From a virus (lineage: Duplodnaviria > Heunggongvirae > Uroviricota > Caudoviricetes): 64,000 nt of DNA. The notes under the pieces were generated by a model. It saw only the letters and a list, made by a program, of their open reading frames with translations. It was not told the DNA's origin and did no database searches. The stretch spans positions 240,437 to 304,436 of IMG/VR virus record IMGVR_UViG_3300031414_000001; one strand, written 5' to 3'. The position numbers and the translations under genes are program-made. Positions 9,271-19,594 of this stretch are shown here, in pieces. The first letter of the stretch is position 1. Each line of letters opens with the position of its first letter.

Positions 9271-9816
9271 TTACTCAGTGTATGGTTGAACTACAAACCC
9301 AAGACTTTTCAGTACTTCAATCTTTTCTTCTGTTAAGTTATTATCATAGATAACTAACATACTTGGGAATGGAGCACCGGATTTCTTATGTGAACCATCT
9401 TCTGTCCACGAAGGTAAACTCCGGTTATCGAATTTTAAACGACCTTTCACAAAACAAATAGCGGTGGCAGCAGTAGCTACGAACTTATGAAAGTAAGTAG
9501 TATCAGTACGTGCCGGTGGCAGAGCTACGATAGTAGTACCGTTCTCTGTAAATTCCTCATGCATCTTCTTAAACCATTTACTGATTTCTCGACCGTAAGG
9601 AGGATTACACCAAACAGTTTCGCCTTCCCATGAATGTGCTAGGCCGTCTGTTTCAGGTGTGTAGTACTTCTCACATTTTGCTGTATCATCCATAGCAGCA
9701 GGATCTAATGTGAAATTCCATACAGCATTTAGTTTCTCATAAAAGTCATCGGGAGTATCCCAAGTATTTGATGCTGAACTAAAGTGCACAGATTGTGTAT
9801 TCTTTTCTTCTTCCAT
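9271..9816 (-). CDS. DNA N6-adenine methyltransferase (phage Dam-like family)
   Basis: Catalytic motif IV WCNPPYGRE. Size and overall layout fit small phage N6A methyltransferases. Confidence 0.7.
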   Translation of the reverse strand: MEEEKNTQSVHFSSASNTWDTPDDFYEKLNAVWNFTLDPAAMDDTAKCEKYYTPETDGLAHSWEGETVWCNPPYGREISKWFKKMHEEFTENGTTIVALPPARTDTTYFHKFVATAATAICFVKGRLKFDNRSLPSWTEDGSHKKSGAPFPSMLVIYDNNLTEEKIEVLKSLGFVVQPYTE

Positions 9817-9831
9817 GAAGATTTCCTTATG

Positions 9832-10359
9832 TTATAAACTACTATAACAGTACCGTGTAATTGTATCAAAGTCAGTACTTTGTCGTCCTGATTCATAGAT
9901 AAACCTAAAGTAATGACCGTACTTCGCCATTATATTAAAGATTTCATCCTCACGAAATTCGTAGTACTTAAACGCCGAATTATCATCAGTAAAACCTATG
10001 AATTTCATTATATCGTTGGTTACATCATTTCCATTGAAAAAGAATTTCCTATCCATCAGTAAACCTTCTGCGTTGTACTTAACGTACTCTCCATAGAGTT
10101 TACCATCAAAACGATATGACAAAGAACTTACACGATTATTATTGTACCGTTCTTCTATGTGTCCATTGTATTCAACTGTTTGAATTATTGGTATCTTAGT
10201 GGGTCGGTAATCTATTTTAGCCAGTACTTCATTGTACCGCATCTCCGTTACCTTACTAATCTTATTATGGTCTATCTGAATACGATAGCCATCAAAAACA
10301 TTCAAATCTACAGAATCAGAGATTGATCCTGTATTCTTGCATTTGTATACAATTTTCAT
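9832..10359 (-). CDS. hypothetical protein, possible MORN-like repeat protein
   Basis: Repeated G-x-Y/F-x-x-Y-x-NG-like segments (YRFDGKLYGEYVKYNAEGLLMDRKFFFNGN); weak. Confidence 0.4.
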   Translation of the reverse strand: MKIVYKCKNTGSISDSVDLNVFDGYRIQIDHNKISKVTEMRYNEVLAKIDYRPTKIPIIQTVEYNGHIEERYNNNRVSSLSYRFDGKLYGEYVKYNAEGLLMDRKFFFNGNDVTNDIMKFIGFTDDNSAFKYYEFREDEIFNIMAKYGHYFRFIYESGRQSTDFDTITRYCYSSL

Positions 10360-10984
10360 TTACATCTCACATTTAGAATCAGTACTTAGCTGATTCAAAT
10401 TATACAAGGAACTACCTTCGGTAGCTCCAGTAAATCTCTGCTGAACTTCACTTACGTTACGTTCTTTTGAGATTTACGCTCTCTTACTTAAAATACGTTC
10501 AGTACTATTACTGACGAGATTTGTTGACGCATTTTCATCCCCCCGAAAGAGGAACGAATTAATCTGACGATGATAGTCATAGCAATTTCATGTCACGAAT
10601 TTCTTATTAGAGCGGAAGCGGGTTGTCCTGTTTCTCCCTATCGCGGTTCATACAACGGTCGTAGTCTTACTACACTTAGTACAATAGCTACATGAACAGC
10701 ATTGTACTTGTCAAAATCAAGACGGATCTATATTGTAATAAATCAATCGCTAATTTCAACTCCCTTATACATTAGGTAGGTGCGATCCTATATGTCTATC
10801 TAGGCATGAACTTATGTAGTACTGTCATGCTTTATACAGCCGCATTGCCGTGAGTGGTACAAACTATGCCAACATCTAACGGGTTTCTTTTGCTGTTCGT
10901 ACTGAATGAACTACTCAACTGATATTCTACTTTTCGATTATCAGGTTCAAAACTATCCTTGTTCTCAAGGTCATTCAGAGTTTT

Positions 10985-11016
10985 TTCTCAATTAAAAAAG
11001 GACGGTGCTCTCGCAT
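10985..11016 (-). terminator. rho-independent terminator after 11043..11837 (GGACG...CGUCC + U6, minus-strand sense)
   Basis: Reverse complement reads aGGACGatgcgagagcacCGTCCtttttt just downstream of the gene stop. Confidence 0.5.
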
Positions 11017-11042
11017 CGTCCTATACATTATAGCACAAAATT

Positions 11043-11837
11043 TTAAAACGTTTCACCGGAAATCTGCATCATTTGCCAACACAACGCACCCATGAATTTT
11101 AATCCAGAAGTGTGTTCAACGGCTTTTTCCAGTATATCTTTATCATCATTCATAAAGAAGTTAAAAGCAGTCAAAATCGCAGTGTACTGTAATGATGTTC
11201 CAGTGTACAGTACTTTGTCAGTATCGTTTGCCACTATCGCATTAAAACAGGTATCAATGAAATTAACTTCACGTTCAAGAATATCAGTAACTTCTTTAAA
11301 CAAATAATTCTTTTCATACGAGATATACTGACGTAATTCATCCAGTACTTGCTCGTAAAAATTATCAGGACATGTATAAGTGAATGGTTCTTCTTTTTCT
11401 ACACGTTCTGCGTAGTAATTAAAGAAATGCTCTTTCTCATTACCACTAATGAATCCACTACGACCTCTCGCACGATGACTTTTGTCACCAGACCAAGATG
11501 CCATATAAGCATTGTATGGAGTATTACCGAACCCAATCTTAAGTGTTTCTAAGTTAAAGGTACAGTACGAGTACTCTGGAACACACAATGCTTCTAACTG
11601 AAACATCGCTGCATCTTCAACATTAATGAGGATTTCACGAGTGAAACTGGAATTTTGACGGTACTGAGTTTCACGATTTAACTTCCTGGCTAAACCAGTT
11701 TTTAAACGTTCAAATGATACAATCTCAGGTACTTTATAGTTGTTATGTGATGAAGCAGTTTGACGCTGAGAGCCTGCACTCCCAGCAATAACAAAGTCTC
11801 CATCATCATGATATGAAAGGAAGAACCTTAAAAACAT
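11043..11837 (-). CDS. hypothetical protein (264 aa)
   Basis: Long intact ORF. Confidence 0.5.
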   Translation of the reverse strand: MFLRFFLSYHDDGDFVIAGSAGSQRQTASSHNNYKVPEIVSFERLKTGLARKLNRETQYRQNSSFTREILINVEDAAMFQLEALCVPEYSYCTFNLETLKIGFGNTPYNAYMASWSGDKSHRARGRSGFISGNEKEHFFNYYAERVEKEEPFTYTCPDNFYEQVLDELRQYISYEKNYLFKEVTDILEREVNFIDTCFNAIVANDTDKVLYTGTSLQYTAILTAFNFFMNDDKDILEKAVEHTSGLKFMGALCWQMMQISGETF

Positions 11838-12595
11838 TAATCAATCTCTACTAAAGTTACGTTACCTTCAACGTCGATAGTACTAGAATAGATAGAACCA
11901 GTACATTCATCTTGCATCAATTTTTGTAGAATAAGATGACGACGAACGGCTTCTTCGTATTTTCCAGTTATCGAACGGTCTTCGGTCATTGAAAGTTGTG
12001 GAACGTGAATATCGTAATCGAACTTAGTATTACGTAATTGAACAGAACGCTCAAGCTTACCTAAGTTTGTTTCACCGAAACTACGATTAAATTGTTTACG
12101 ATTGAAATCAATGAATTCAAGAATTGAACTACCATAAGGAATGATAGTGATTGTTTCATTGTTTCCAGTTACTGTATAACTATTACGATTCCAGAAAGGA
12201 CGTAGTTGATAGCGATATTGTAGAGAACGAATTCCCTCAACAATACCTTCTAAGTCTACGCATGGTATGTAGTCTGAAGGAATACGACCATCAAATGTTG
12301 TCGTTTCTTCACCAGTACTGGTAAGATAACCTGTATTTGGTAGTACTAAGAACGCTTCATTAATGGTGTTACATAATACATCATGAAGATACATAGCACA
12401 TTTATTCTTGTAATCCGTTATTAGTGGATTAAGAAGTTGGTCATACCAATCTTGATATTTCTGATCCCTGTACTTGTCGTCAAACAAGTCTTCATAAGAT
12501 AAGACCCCAAGTACTTTGGGATCTATCCCACGAGCAATATTCATGATTTCAGTATACGTTGTATGCTGATAGTTCATGTACTCTTTTATTTTCAT
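11837..12595 (-). CDS. hypothetical protein (252 aa)
   Basis: Long intact ORF; its start overlaps the stop of the upstream gene. Confidence 0.5.
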   Translation of the reverse strand: MKIKEYMNYQHTTYTEIMNIARGIDPKVLGVLSYEDLFDDKYRDQKYQDWYDQLLNPLITDYKNKCAMYLHDVLCNTINEAFLVLPNTGYLTSTGEETTTFDGRIPSDYIPCVDLEGIVEGIRSLQYRYQLRPFWNRNSYTVTGNNETITIIPYGSSILEFIDFNRKQFNRSFGETNLGKLERSVQLRNTKFDYDIHVPQLSMTEDRSITGKYEEAVRRHLILQKLMQDECTGSIYSSTIDVEGNVTLVEID

Positions 12596-12939
12596 TCGTC
12601 GTTCTCAATACGTTTACGTGCTTTTTTGATACTATTGTGCAATACAAAGAAAATACCAAAAGGCCACAAAGGTACACTGATCAATGCGAACATAATTGCG
12701 GGTAAGGTTGTCATAACAATGACTTCACCCCAATCATCTGAGTTGTTCCATTCCCAATACTGAACACCAAAATAAGTTTTAATGTCTTTTGGGCGAACAT
12801 GCTTAGCAGTATAAAGTTGGCGAATATATTCAAAGCAAGCACGGAAGTGCGAACCGATAATGTACGCCGCGAAAGACAAACCAACTACAGCATAGATAAT
12901 AATCAAATAGCCTAACATGTTATATACCCTTATACGCAA
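12592..12939 (-). CDS. small integral membrane protein (115 aa, 2-3 TM)
   Basis: Hydrophobic segments YLIIIYAVVGLSFAAYIIG and LPAIMFALISVPLWPFGIFFVL. Confidence 0.5.
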   Translation of the reverse strand: MRIRVYNMLGYLIIIYAVVGLSFAAYIIGSHFRACFEYIRQLYTAKHVRPKDIKTYFGVQYWEWNNSDDWGEVIVMTTLPAIMFALISVPLWPFGIFFVLHNSIKKARKRIENDE

Positions 12940-12961
12940 AAAGGGGCATATGCCCCTTCTA

Positions 12962-13318
12962 TTAATGGTTAGTACTGTAAGCGTAAGCTGGACGCAGAAG
13001 TTCTTGTGGGTTGATTTCAGGTTTCAGTACTGTAACTTTCACTTGATAATCTTCACCCGTAACAGGATGCTTATGTGTCTCGAAGTATACACCTTCAATG
13101 TAAGTTTCATATTCTTCTTGAGAACGAGAAACTACTGAAGCTGCGAACTTTTTACGACTTTCAGTTTTCATAGTAACACTGACGATTTCTACTTCTTCAG
13201 TGTCACTGTATTCATTGTCAACATCTTCTGAATCATATGATTCATCATGAAGTACTTTACGTACTTTTGGTTCTTCAAAGTTTTCGAACATGTTGAATTT
13301 GTCATTTCCGTTTGACAT
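12962..13318 (-). CDS. hypothetical acidic protein (118 aa)
   Basis: Intact ORF. Confidence 0.45.
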   Translation of the reverse strand: MSNGNDKFNMFENFEEPKVRKVLHDESYDSEDVDNEYSDTEEVEIVSVTMKTESRKKFAASVVSRSQEEYETYIEGVYFETHKHPVTGEDYQVKVTVLKPEINPQELLRPAYAYSTNH

Positions 13319-13341
13319 AATAATCTTCCTTGAGTTTTGTT

Positions 13342-13734
13342 TTATTCAGCGGTGTATTCAGTAATTGCGTCTTTCAGCATTTGAATACGTTTTTCAACGT
13401 CAGCTTTAGCCACGATTTCCGGTACTTCTTCGTTCAACTGTTTACATGCTTCCACCAGGAATTCGTAATCAGTATCGCAGTTTTCATGAGCTTGCGACAG
13501 GGCTTTCCAGTCGTTAGAGATGTTCTCATTTTCATCTTTGTAATGAGGCCACAACTTCCCGTACTGATCAACAGTTTTACCGTGAAGTACACGTACTGCG
13601 TTAAAGATTTGACCAATAGTGAAGTGCTTAGTACGGGTAAGATCTTCTACGCAACAAAGCATATCAGTTCCATCTTTCCTGATTAGTACTACACCAGTAA
13701 TCGCCTTTAAGTAGCCTGAATGTGATGTGTTCAT
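13342..13734 (-). CDS. hypothetical protein (130 aa)
   Basis: Intact ORF; the overlapping antisense ORFs are shorter and unsupported. Confidence 0.45.
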   Translation of the reverse strand: MNTSHSGYLKAITGVVLIRKDGTDMLCCVEDLTRTKHFTIGQIFNAVRVLHGKTVDQYGKLWPHYKDENENISNDWKALSQAHENCDTDYEFLVEACKQLNEEVPEIVAKADVEKRIQMLKDAITEYTAE

Positions 13735-13779
13735 TTTATAACCCTCTCGTTTTAGGTGTGTACATTATACCACAATAAT

Positions 13780-14109
13780 TTATTCCGTTCCATTTTTTGG
13801 TTCAGAATTATCTGTACTTAGCATTGTATGCCATTCGTTGAAGTCTGTCAACAACAAATAAAAATTATCTTCGTCTTCTTCGTCCATCACGTGAGCTAAG
13901 CCAAATAAGTACTTCGCCTGGTTAGCCGCATCCATCTGTACTGAAGAATTATAAATTCGTTCCACAGCAGCTTTGTAGTTCGGAGCATCAGAAATGTATA
14001 CAATAGAACCATCATGGTACTGTATTTCTTCCGCATTACGCGGTACTCCACGTTTGCCTAACCAAATATACTTAGGAGCATCATCAATGAATTTCAATTT
14101 ACGTTTCAT
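13780..14109 (-). CDS. hypothetical protein (109 aa)
   Basis: Intact ORF. Confidence 0.45.
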   Translation of the reverse strand: MKRKLKFIDDAPKYIWLGKRGVPRNAEEIQYHDGSIVYISDAPNYKAAVERIYNSSVQMDAANQAKYLFGLAHVMDEEDEDNFYLLLTDFNEWHTMLSTDNSEPKNGTE

Positions 14110-15019
14110 ATTTTATAGTGTTCTCGTCAATTTGAGCTAATATATTCCGAAATACATCTTTGTTATAAGGAGCAGTTTCAGACCTTTCCTGTACTAGAGT
14201 GCGGAGTTCATTTAATCCGTACTGGAACGCATCAAACAAATCAGTACTAGGTAACATTAAATCAATAAAGAAACAATTATACTCATTATAAAGATTAACA
14301 ATACTCGCATCTTTTAGTTCTGGTAACTTAATATTCTTAAGCATATAACCAGATTGTGGTTCTCCTTTACAGAAGAATTCAACTACACCATTGATTAGAT
14401 TAAGTTGAATTGAACCATGACCTGATTCATATGGGAAATGAAAGAGACTCGTAGTACAAACACCTTTGCTATTGTAATATTCATATAACTCACAACCAGT
14501 GTACGGAAATATGATTGAATGCTCACGTAGTCCATTCTTCCTTATACGTTGTGTATAAGTATGTGAACCATAGCAAATAGATTTGAATGTATTATCTGAG
14601 TAATTAATTTCAATACTGCGATCTTCAAAACGGTACTCTTTAGAGTCCATTCGAGTTTCACCCTTTTTGTTTATTTTAATTTTAGCATAAACATTCTTGA
14701 AACTAATTATTTCTTTAAAAGTACTTAAATGATAGTACATCCGATTTCCAAGAATATTAAATTCTCGTAATGATGGATGTACTACACTACGGGCTTTAAT
14801 AAATGTACCTTCATGAGTTTCTATATCTTGTGTGAATCCAGTGTTACCACGGTGAGTTCTTGAACTACTATGACCTAACATAAGTGGAGAATCAATTGGA
14901 CCATTGAATATATGGTCTAAGTGTTCTTTAAGTGAATGTGCTTTGAAGTCCAGCAAAGTATTAACCCTTAGAAACGTCAAAGGACGCATCATAGCGTCCT
15001 TTGTGTTTAGTTTTTCCAT
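14099..15019 (-). CDS. hypothetical protein (306 aa)
   Basis: Long intact ORF. Confidence 0.5.
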   Translation of the reverse strand: MEKLNTKDAMMRPLTFLRVNTLLDFKAHSLKEHLDHIFNGPIDSPLMLGHSSSRTHRGNTGFTQDIETHEGTFIKARSVVHPSLREFNILGNRMYYHLSTFKEIISFKNVYAKIKINKKGETRMDSKEYRFEDRSIEINYSDNTFKSICYGSHTYTQRIRKNGLREHSIIFPYTGCELYEYYNSKGVCTTSLFHFPYESGHGSIQLNLINGVVEFFCKGEPQSGYMLKNIKLPELKDASIVNLYNEYNCFFIDLMLPSTDLFDAFQYGLNELRTLVQERSETAPYNKDVFRNILAQIDENTIKYET

Positions 15020-15144
15020 TCTTCGATTCTTTCTTGCGGTCTACATGAGTAGCTGCTTTGTTGAAAGTATTCATGTGCTTCGCAACGAAGTTCTGAACAT
15101 CAGGTACTTCAGAAGTACTTTTCTTCTTGGACTTAGCCATTTTG

Positions 15145-15657
15145 TTACTCCAGGTATGGATTTTTGTGTGTTAAACTTTCTATGTCTTCAGCGGTAATCA
15201 TAACATGTGGCTCACCCTCTGTAAAGAGGAAGTCGTGATAACTTTCACGTACTGTAAAATTATCCATGACATAGCCTTTCGATAGAAACATAAGAATGTG
15301 TTTCTCGTCAGGTTTTGTATATGTGTTTCTTAGTTTCTCCACTTCAGATTGTGGAGTCTTATCTTTATTGTTTCGCATTACACATTCGTTGAATTCAGTA
15401 TTCATCGTCATGGGCGTTGCCATAATCCATTTATCAGTACTGTTAATAGTGACAGCAAAGCAATTACACATTGGATTATTGAAAAATTCGTACATTGTCG
15501 AACTACATAGGAAAAGACATTGAACAATGTCCTTAATGTTAAACATAATCCCATGTACTTCAAAGGCTTCTTTTGAGATCACATCATCAATCGGCCCATT
15601 CTCTTTGTGAATAATATTCATGCGTTCACTCCCTTGAACTCTTTTAATGCACCGCAT
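15145..15657 (-). CDS. hypothetical protein (170 aa)
   Basis: Intact ORF. Confidence 0.45.
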   Translation of the reverse strand: MRCIKRVQGSERMNIIHKENGPIDDVISKEAFEVHGIMFNIKDIVQCLFLCSSTMYEFFNNPMCNCFAVTINSTDKWIMATPMTMNTEFNECVMRNNKDKTPQSEVEKLRNTYTKPDEKHILMFLSKGYVMDNFTVRESYHDFLFTEGEPHVMITAEDIESLTHKNPYLE

Positions 15658-15701
15658 CGGTGCTCTAAAAGTATTTATACTCGTCCTTGAGTACGGTTTT
15701 G

Positions 15702-16145
15702 TTATGATGCGGTTAATTTCCGCAAGAATTCTTCGTGAACTCTACGGCACATCGTAATCGTTTCCTGCATTGTATCATAGTCGAACTGTACTGGCAAGCC
15801 AAAAACAGCACCATTATTTGTAAACGCAGATGGGAGTTCTTCTAAACTAAAGGAACCTTCAAAGAGATTAGTACTCAATTCGTTTCCCGCCTGAACGAAG
15901 AAAAATTCAGGACTGTAACGTATTACAATATTCTTCTTGTCAATACCTATGTTACATAAATCTTGTAAGTTCTGAGTTCGTACCTTTAACTTGTATACGT
16001 TCTTGCGAACTTCCTGAACATCCAAAGAGTATCCTTCACCTATGTAAAAATTGTTCTTCGGAGCAAGTTCTAATCCATTGATGTTACTCAAAACATCCTG
16101 GATAATGAAATTGATTGGGTCAATATTCTCAATTATGTTCAGCAT
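15702..16145 (-). CDS. hypothetical protein (147 aa)
   Basis: Intact ORF; abuts the paralog array. Confidence 0.45.
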   Translation of the reverse strand: MLNIIENIDPINFIIQDVLSNINGLELAPKNNFYIGEGYSLDVQEVRKNVYKLKVRTQNLQDLCNIGIDKKNIVIRYSPEFFFVQAGNELSTNLFEGSFSLEELPSAFTNNGAVFGLPVQFDYDTMQETITMCRRVHEEFLRKLTAS

Positions 16146-16828
16146 TTTTGTTCTTCCAATTTATGTACTAATTTTCTGTATGATTCAATATGACTGTCAT
16201 TAAAAATCCTGTCCATATTGATTGTCAAAGACACAAAATTACCAATCCAAAGATTCTCTAAAGTTCTTTGAACTTCAATAAAATATTCTTCTGGTGGTAA
16301 ATCTACTTGCGTCAACTTTTGGAAGTACCATGCTTCATCATGCTTCAAATCATTATCTAACCTATATTCAGTACAGTCAAGTACTTTCATTCCTCGATTC
16401 ATGGGTGAATAAGAAAACTTATCCTGATTAACATGATTGCCATCATTAATATCACTGAAGTGAATTAACGCAGCATCATGCCATGAAGAATGATTGTTAG
16501 ATGTAAATTTCATATAGAAATGAACACAATTATCCTTTACATGTTGAATACGAAACATACCACAATCAGAATCAATCTCTGTAAAGTCTGGATTAGAAAT
16601 ACAGTAGTTTTCTACAATCTCCAGTAGTGGTAACATCTGTTCAACAAGGATTAGTTCTTTAAGAAACACATCATCGCAATCATCATAACTGAATTGATGT
16701 ATTTTTTTCATTAACTCCAGATCAATCTCTGTTGTTATTTCAGCATCAAGTTCTGCTTGTAGTTCTGCCATAAAGTCATCATCATCAGTAATAATGTCCT
16801 TGATAGCCTTCGAAAGTGAATTGTCCAT
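16139..16828 (-). CDS. early paralog family member 1 (EEYF-motif family)
   Basis: Contains DLPPEEYFIEVQRTLENL, matching the family motif. Confidence 0.5.
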   Translation of the reverse strand: MDNSLSKAIKDIITDDDDFMAELQAELDAEITTEIDLELMKKIHQFSYDDCDDVFLKELILVEQMLPLLEIVENYCISNPDFTEIDSDCGMFRIQHVKDNCVHFYMKFTSNNHSSWHDAALIHFSDINDGNHVNQDKFSYSPMNRGMKVLDCTEYRLDNDLKHDEAWYFQKLTQVDLPPEEYFIEVQRTLENLWIGNFVSLTINMDRIFNDSHIESYRKLVHKLEEQKC

Positions 16829-17219
16829 TTAGTATATCTTCTGCTACGTCCATATGCATCGTGCTATGGTCTAAAATTTTAATATTTGTTGTATCGAAAA
16901 GGCAGAAAGATGGCATTATGTCCGGTTCATATTCGTTGATATATTTAATCGAATCAAAAATGACATTTTCCCGCAAAAGCATATTATGTAGTTTACGCCA
17001 ACCTTCGTCTGAACCTTCATCAAAAGATTCATACGGAGTAGTACTGATAAGCTCGCACTGGTGAATATGAATATGATCAATGTAATGACCTTTGCCGCGA
17101 CCCTCATATAATTTACGCAGAGCACATTCAATAGCACTCTGGTATCCACCTACATGTAAACCACCATAAGGAATATAGAATTCCTCAATCTTTACAGTAC
17201 CAGCATGAAATACAATCAT
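16785..17219 (-). CDS. hypothetical protein inside the paralog array (144 aa)
   Basis: Intact ORF; no family motif seen. Confidence 0.4.
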   Translation of the reverse strand: MIVFHAGTVKIEEFYIPYGGLHVGGYQSAIECALRKLYEGRGKGHYIDHIHIHQCELISTTPYESFDEGSDEGWRKLHNMLLRENVIFDSIKYINEYEPDIMPSFCLFDTTNIKILDHSTMHMDVAEDILNGQFTFEGYQGHYY

Positions 17220-17812
17220 ATTACCCTGAACCCTTCAAGTGTTTTTAATTTGAATTTTTCCAGATCACTAATGTTAATCATAATATCCTCACGAATTAAA
17301 TTCGGAAGAACTAGATTGTAGTACCAGTTAACTTCTTGCTGGAATAATTCATACGGAATAATGTTCTGTACTGTCAGTTGTTGGAAGAAATATTCTTCAC
17401 CATATTCCTCAAATACGTCTTCAGCATCAGAGCCAGAAGAACAAGAAATATATCGGCGTTCCCAATTCGTTTTATGATCGCCAACAACTAAACACAAATC
17501 ATCGTTGTACCTTCCATTGTACCACTGGAACTCGCTATCTGACAAGGAAAATTCTGCCCAAACCGCGTGATCTCGTTCTACAATACTAATCTCAAATACT
17601 GGATATTCAGAATCAGATTCATCATATACCGAAAAGTACTTAGGACGCATAACAATGTTCTGTCCAGTATCCCTGAAGTTCAAGAACTCGAACTCATAAC
17701 TTTCTTCAGTACCCGCAAGATGCGAGTACTTTTCTTCCATCTGAAGATATAAGTTATATACATGTCGAATCATATAGAACGTTTCTGGAGTACTGAATTC
17801 TTCACGTTTCAT
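17216..17812 (-). CDS. early paralog family member 2
   Basis: EEYGEEYFFQQLTVQNIIPYELF motif. Confidence 0.5.
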   Translation of the reverse strand: MKREEFSTPETFYMIRHVYNLYLQMEEKYSHLAGTEESYEFEFLNFRDTGQNIVMRPKYFSVYDESDSEYPVFEISIVERDHAVWAEFSLSDSEFQWYNGRYNDDLCLVVGDHKTNWERRYISCSSGSDAEDVFEEYGEEYFFQQLTVQNIIPYELFQQEVNWYYNLVLPNLIREDIMINISDLEKFKLKTLEGFRVI

Positions 17813-18392
17813 CTAAGTAACCTTTTACTTGTTCTAAGAACGTACTCCAGTACTGTTCCTGATAATTGAAATTAATACTCATTTTAAATGGAAGTGCACG
17901 AATCGTTTTATGAATAGCATCATACTCTGCCATATCTTCATAATACGGAATATCGTGTAACGTTAATAACTGGAACAACCATTCCTCAGTAATCTGTTCA
18001 GGTAATATAGCAACTACATCACCACCAGTACTCATAAAGTACGCATGACTCTCTGGAATGTTATTCATCGAAATTTGATTGTGAACCTTAGAAATACTAT
18101 TGAAGAACCAGGCAACATCATACACAACACTTAAGGAACACAATGTCTGTACTGAAGCAGCTAAACAACTAATAGTACTTCTACTGAACGTAAAATTGAT
18201 TTGCTTTTTATGATGGGCTGGATGATCTGATTCACTAACCGAAAACGAATACTGTATAGAATACTCAGTACTGTTAACACCGCACGGCACGTTTGTATCA
18301 CGTGTCTTAAGTACGAATGGCTTATCTCGTAACTTCGGCAAGTCCTTCACGATTTCATGTAATGCTGTCAGTACTTCTTTCATATTAACCAA
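17802..18392 (-). CDS. early paralog family member 3
   Basis: ILPEQITEEWLFQLLTLHDIPYYEDM motif. Confidence 0.5.
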   Translation of the reverse strand: MVNMKEVLTALHEIVKDLPKLRDKPFVLKTRDTNVPCGVNSTEYSIQYSFSVSESDHPAHHKKQINFTFSRSTISCLAASVQTLCSLSVVYDVAWFFNSISKVHNQISMNNIPESHAYFMSTGGDVVAILPEQITEEWLFQLLTLHDIPYYEDMAEYDAIHKTIRALPFKMSINFNYQEQYWSTFLEQVKGYLDET

Positions 18393-18898
18393 TTGCTAAG
18401 ACTGTAAGGATAATGTGTATCATCTTTATGTAATTCAATTAATTCAGAGTACTTCAACAAAGCATTTAATGTATTATGATGAATGTCCTTCCGAATATAT
18501 CCAATATATCCTGAAGTATGAAGTAGACACAAATAATAATAATCATATAATTCAGAATCATTATACAGTGTCTGTAACTGGAAATCTAATGCTTCATCAA
18601 ACTCCGGTATTCTACGTAACTGTCGGTCAATCCTTCGATGATTGTAGTTAGTACCTGAACCATCAAAAATATAAAATGAAGCATGGTGTCTGACAATTGA
18701 TGCGTCACCATCACTCATAAGGAGAGTATAATTCATTCCAGCTTTACCTTTTCGATAAATCTTATCCGAATAAAATCTATAAGACTTTATACCAATAGAA
18801 TTTGTACTCAACCGTTCAGTACTAGCTTCTTGATGTGCTCTAATAGAAGCTACTTTATCTGCCACAAATTTTGCTTTGTTGTATATTTCTAAACTCAT
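18380..18898 (-). CDS. early paralog family member 4 (divergent)
   Basis: Similar size and position; the motif is degenerate. Confidence 0.4.
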   Translation of the reverse strand: MSLEIYNKAKFVADKVASIRAHQEASTERLSTNSIGIKSYRFYSDKIYRKGKAGMNYTLLMSDGDASIVRHHASFYIFDGSGTNYNHRRIDRQLRRIPEFDEALDFQLQTLYNDSELYDYYYLCLLHTSGYIGYIRKDIHHNTLNALLKYSELIELHKDDTHYPYSLSNWLI

Positions 18899-19503
18899 AA
18901 CTTCGCCGTTCTCCGTATTGCGAATTCGACTAATTTAATATCATCCCGTACTTTCTTCATAGCACCGGAATCATTAAGGACTTCCCTGAATTTCTGAACA
19001 CCAGTACTATCATTAGCTATTAATTGAAGAACACATTGATGCTCTTTCTCAATATCTACAAAGTACTGATATAAATCTTCTGAACTTAAATCTAATAAAG
19101 TTAAATGCTGGAAGTACTGTTCTTCTGATATAGGAAATGGAAGTACTTTAAGTGTTTCTCTATCCTGTACCCAAATCTTATCTGAATCCAGTACTCTACC
19201 GAAATTGATTCCAGTACTTGAGGCTTCACCAAAGAATTGACAGCAATCCCATCTGTCATGTTCGAAATCCATACTGTATTCAAATACAAATACATCAGGT
19301 TCATATATCTTTAATTGTACCCATTGTGCTGTACAAATTAATCTGTACTCCAATGAACCATGTCTACCACCCATGTTATTAACACTATAAGAACCTTTCT
19401 TACATGAATCCAGTACTAAATTGTCCACAAGCTGAATTAAAATATTCTGTTCTTCATAGAACTGCTTTAATAACTCACAATTTCTCACACGCTTCCCTCG
19501 CAC
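18895..19503 (-). CDS. early paralog family member 5
   Basis: LPFPISEEQYFQHLTLLDLSSEDLYQYF motif. Confidence 0.5.
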   Translation of the reverse strand: MRGKRVRNCELLKQFYEEQNILIQLVDNLVLDSCKKGSYSVNNMGGRHGSLEYRLICTAQWVQLKIYEPDVFVFEYSMDFEHDRWDCCQFFGEASSTGINFGRVLDSDKIWVQDRETLKVLPFPISEEQYFQHLTLLDLSSEDLYQYFVDIEKEHQCVLQLIANDSTGVQKFREVLNDSGAMKKVRDDIKLVEFAIRRTAKL

Positions 19504-19594
19504 CCTCGCCGCCGCCCATTATACCTTAATATCTATAATGAGAAGCGGAAATTTTTTCTGGTTATTTTTTGTACACGTTTTTTAAGGTGAAGAC

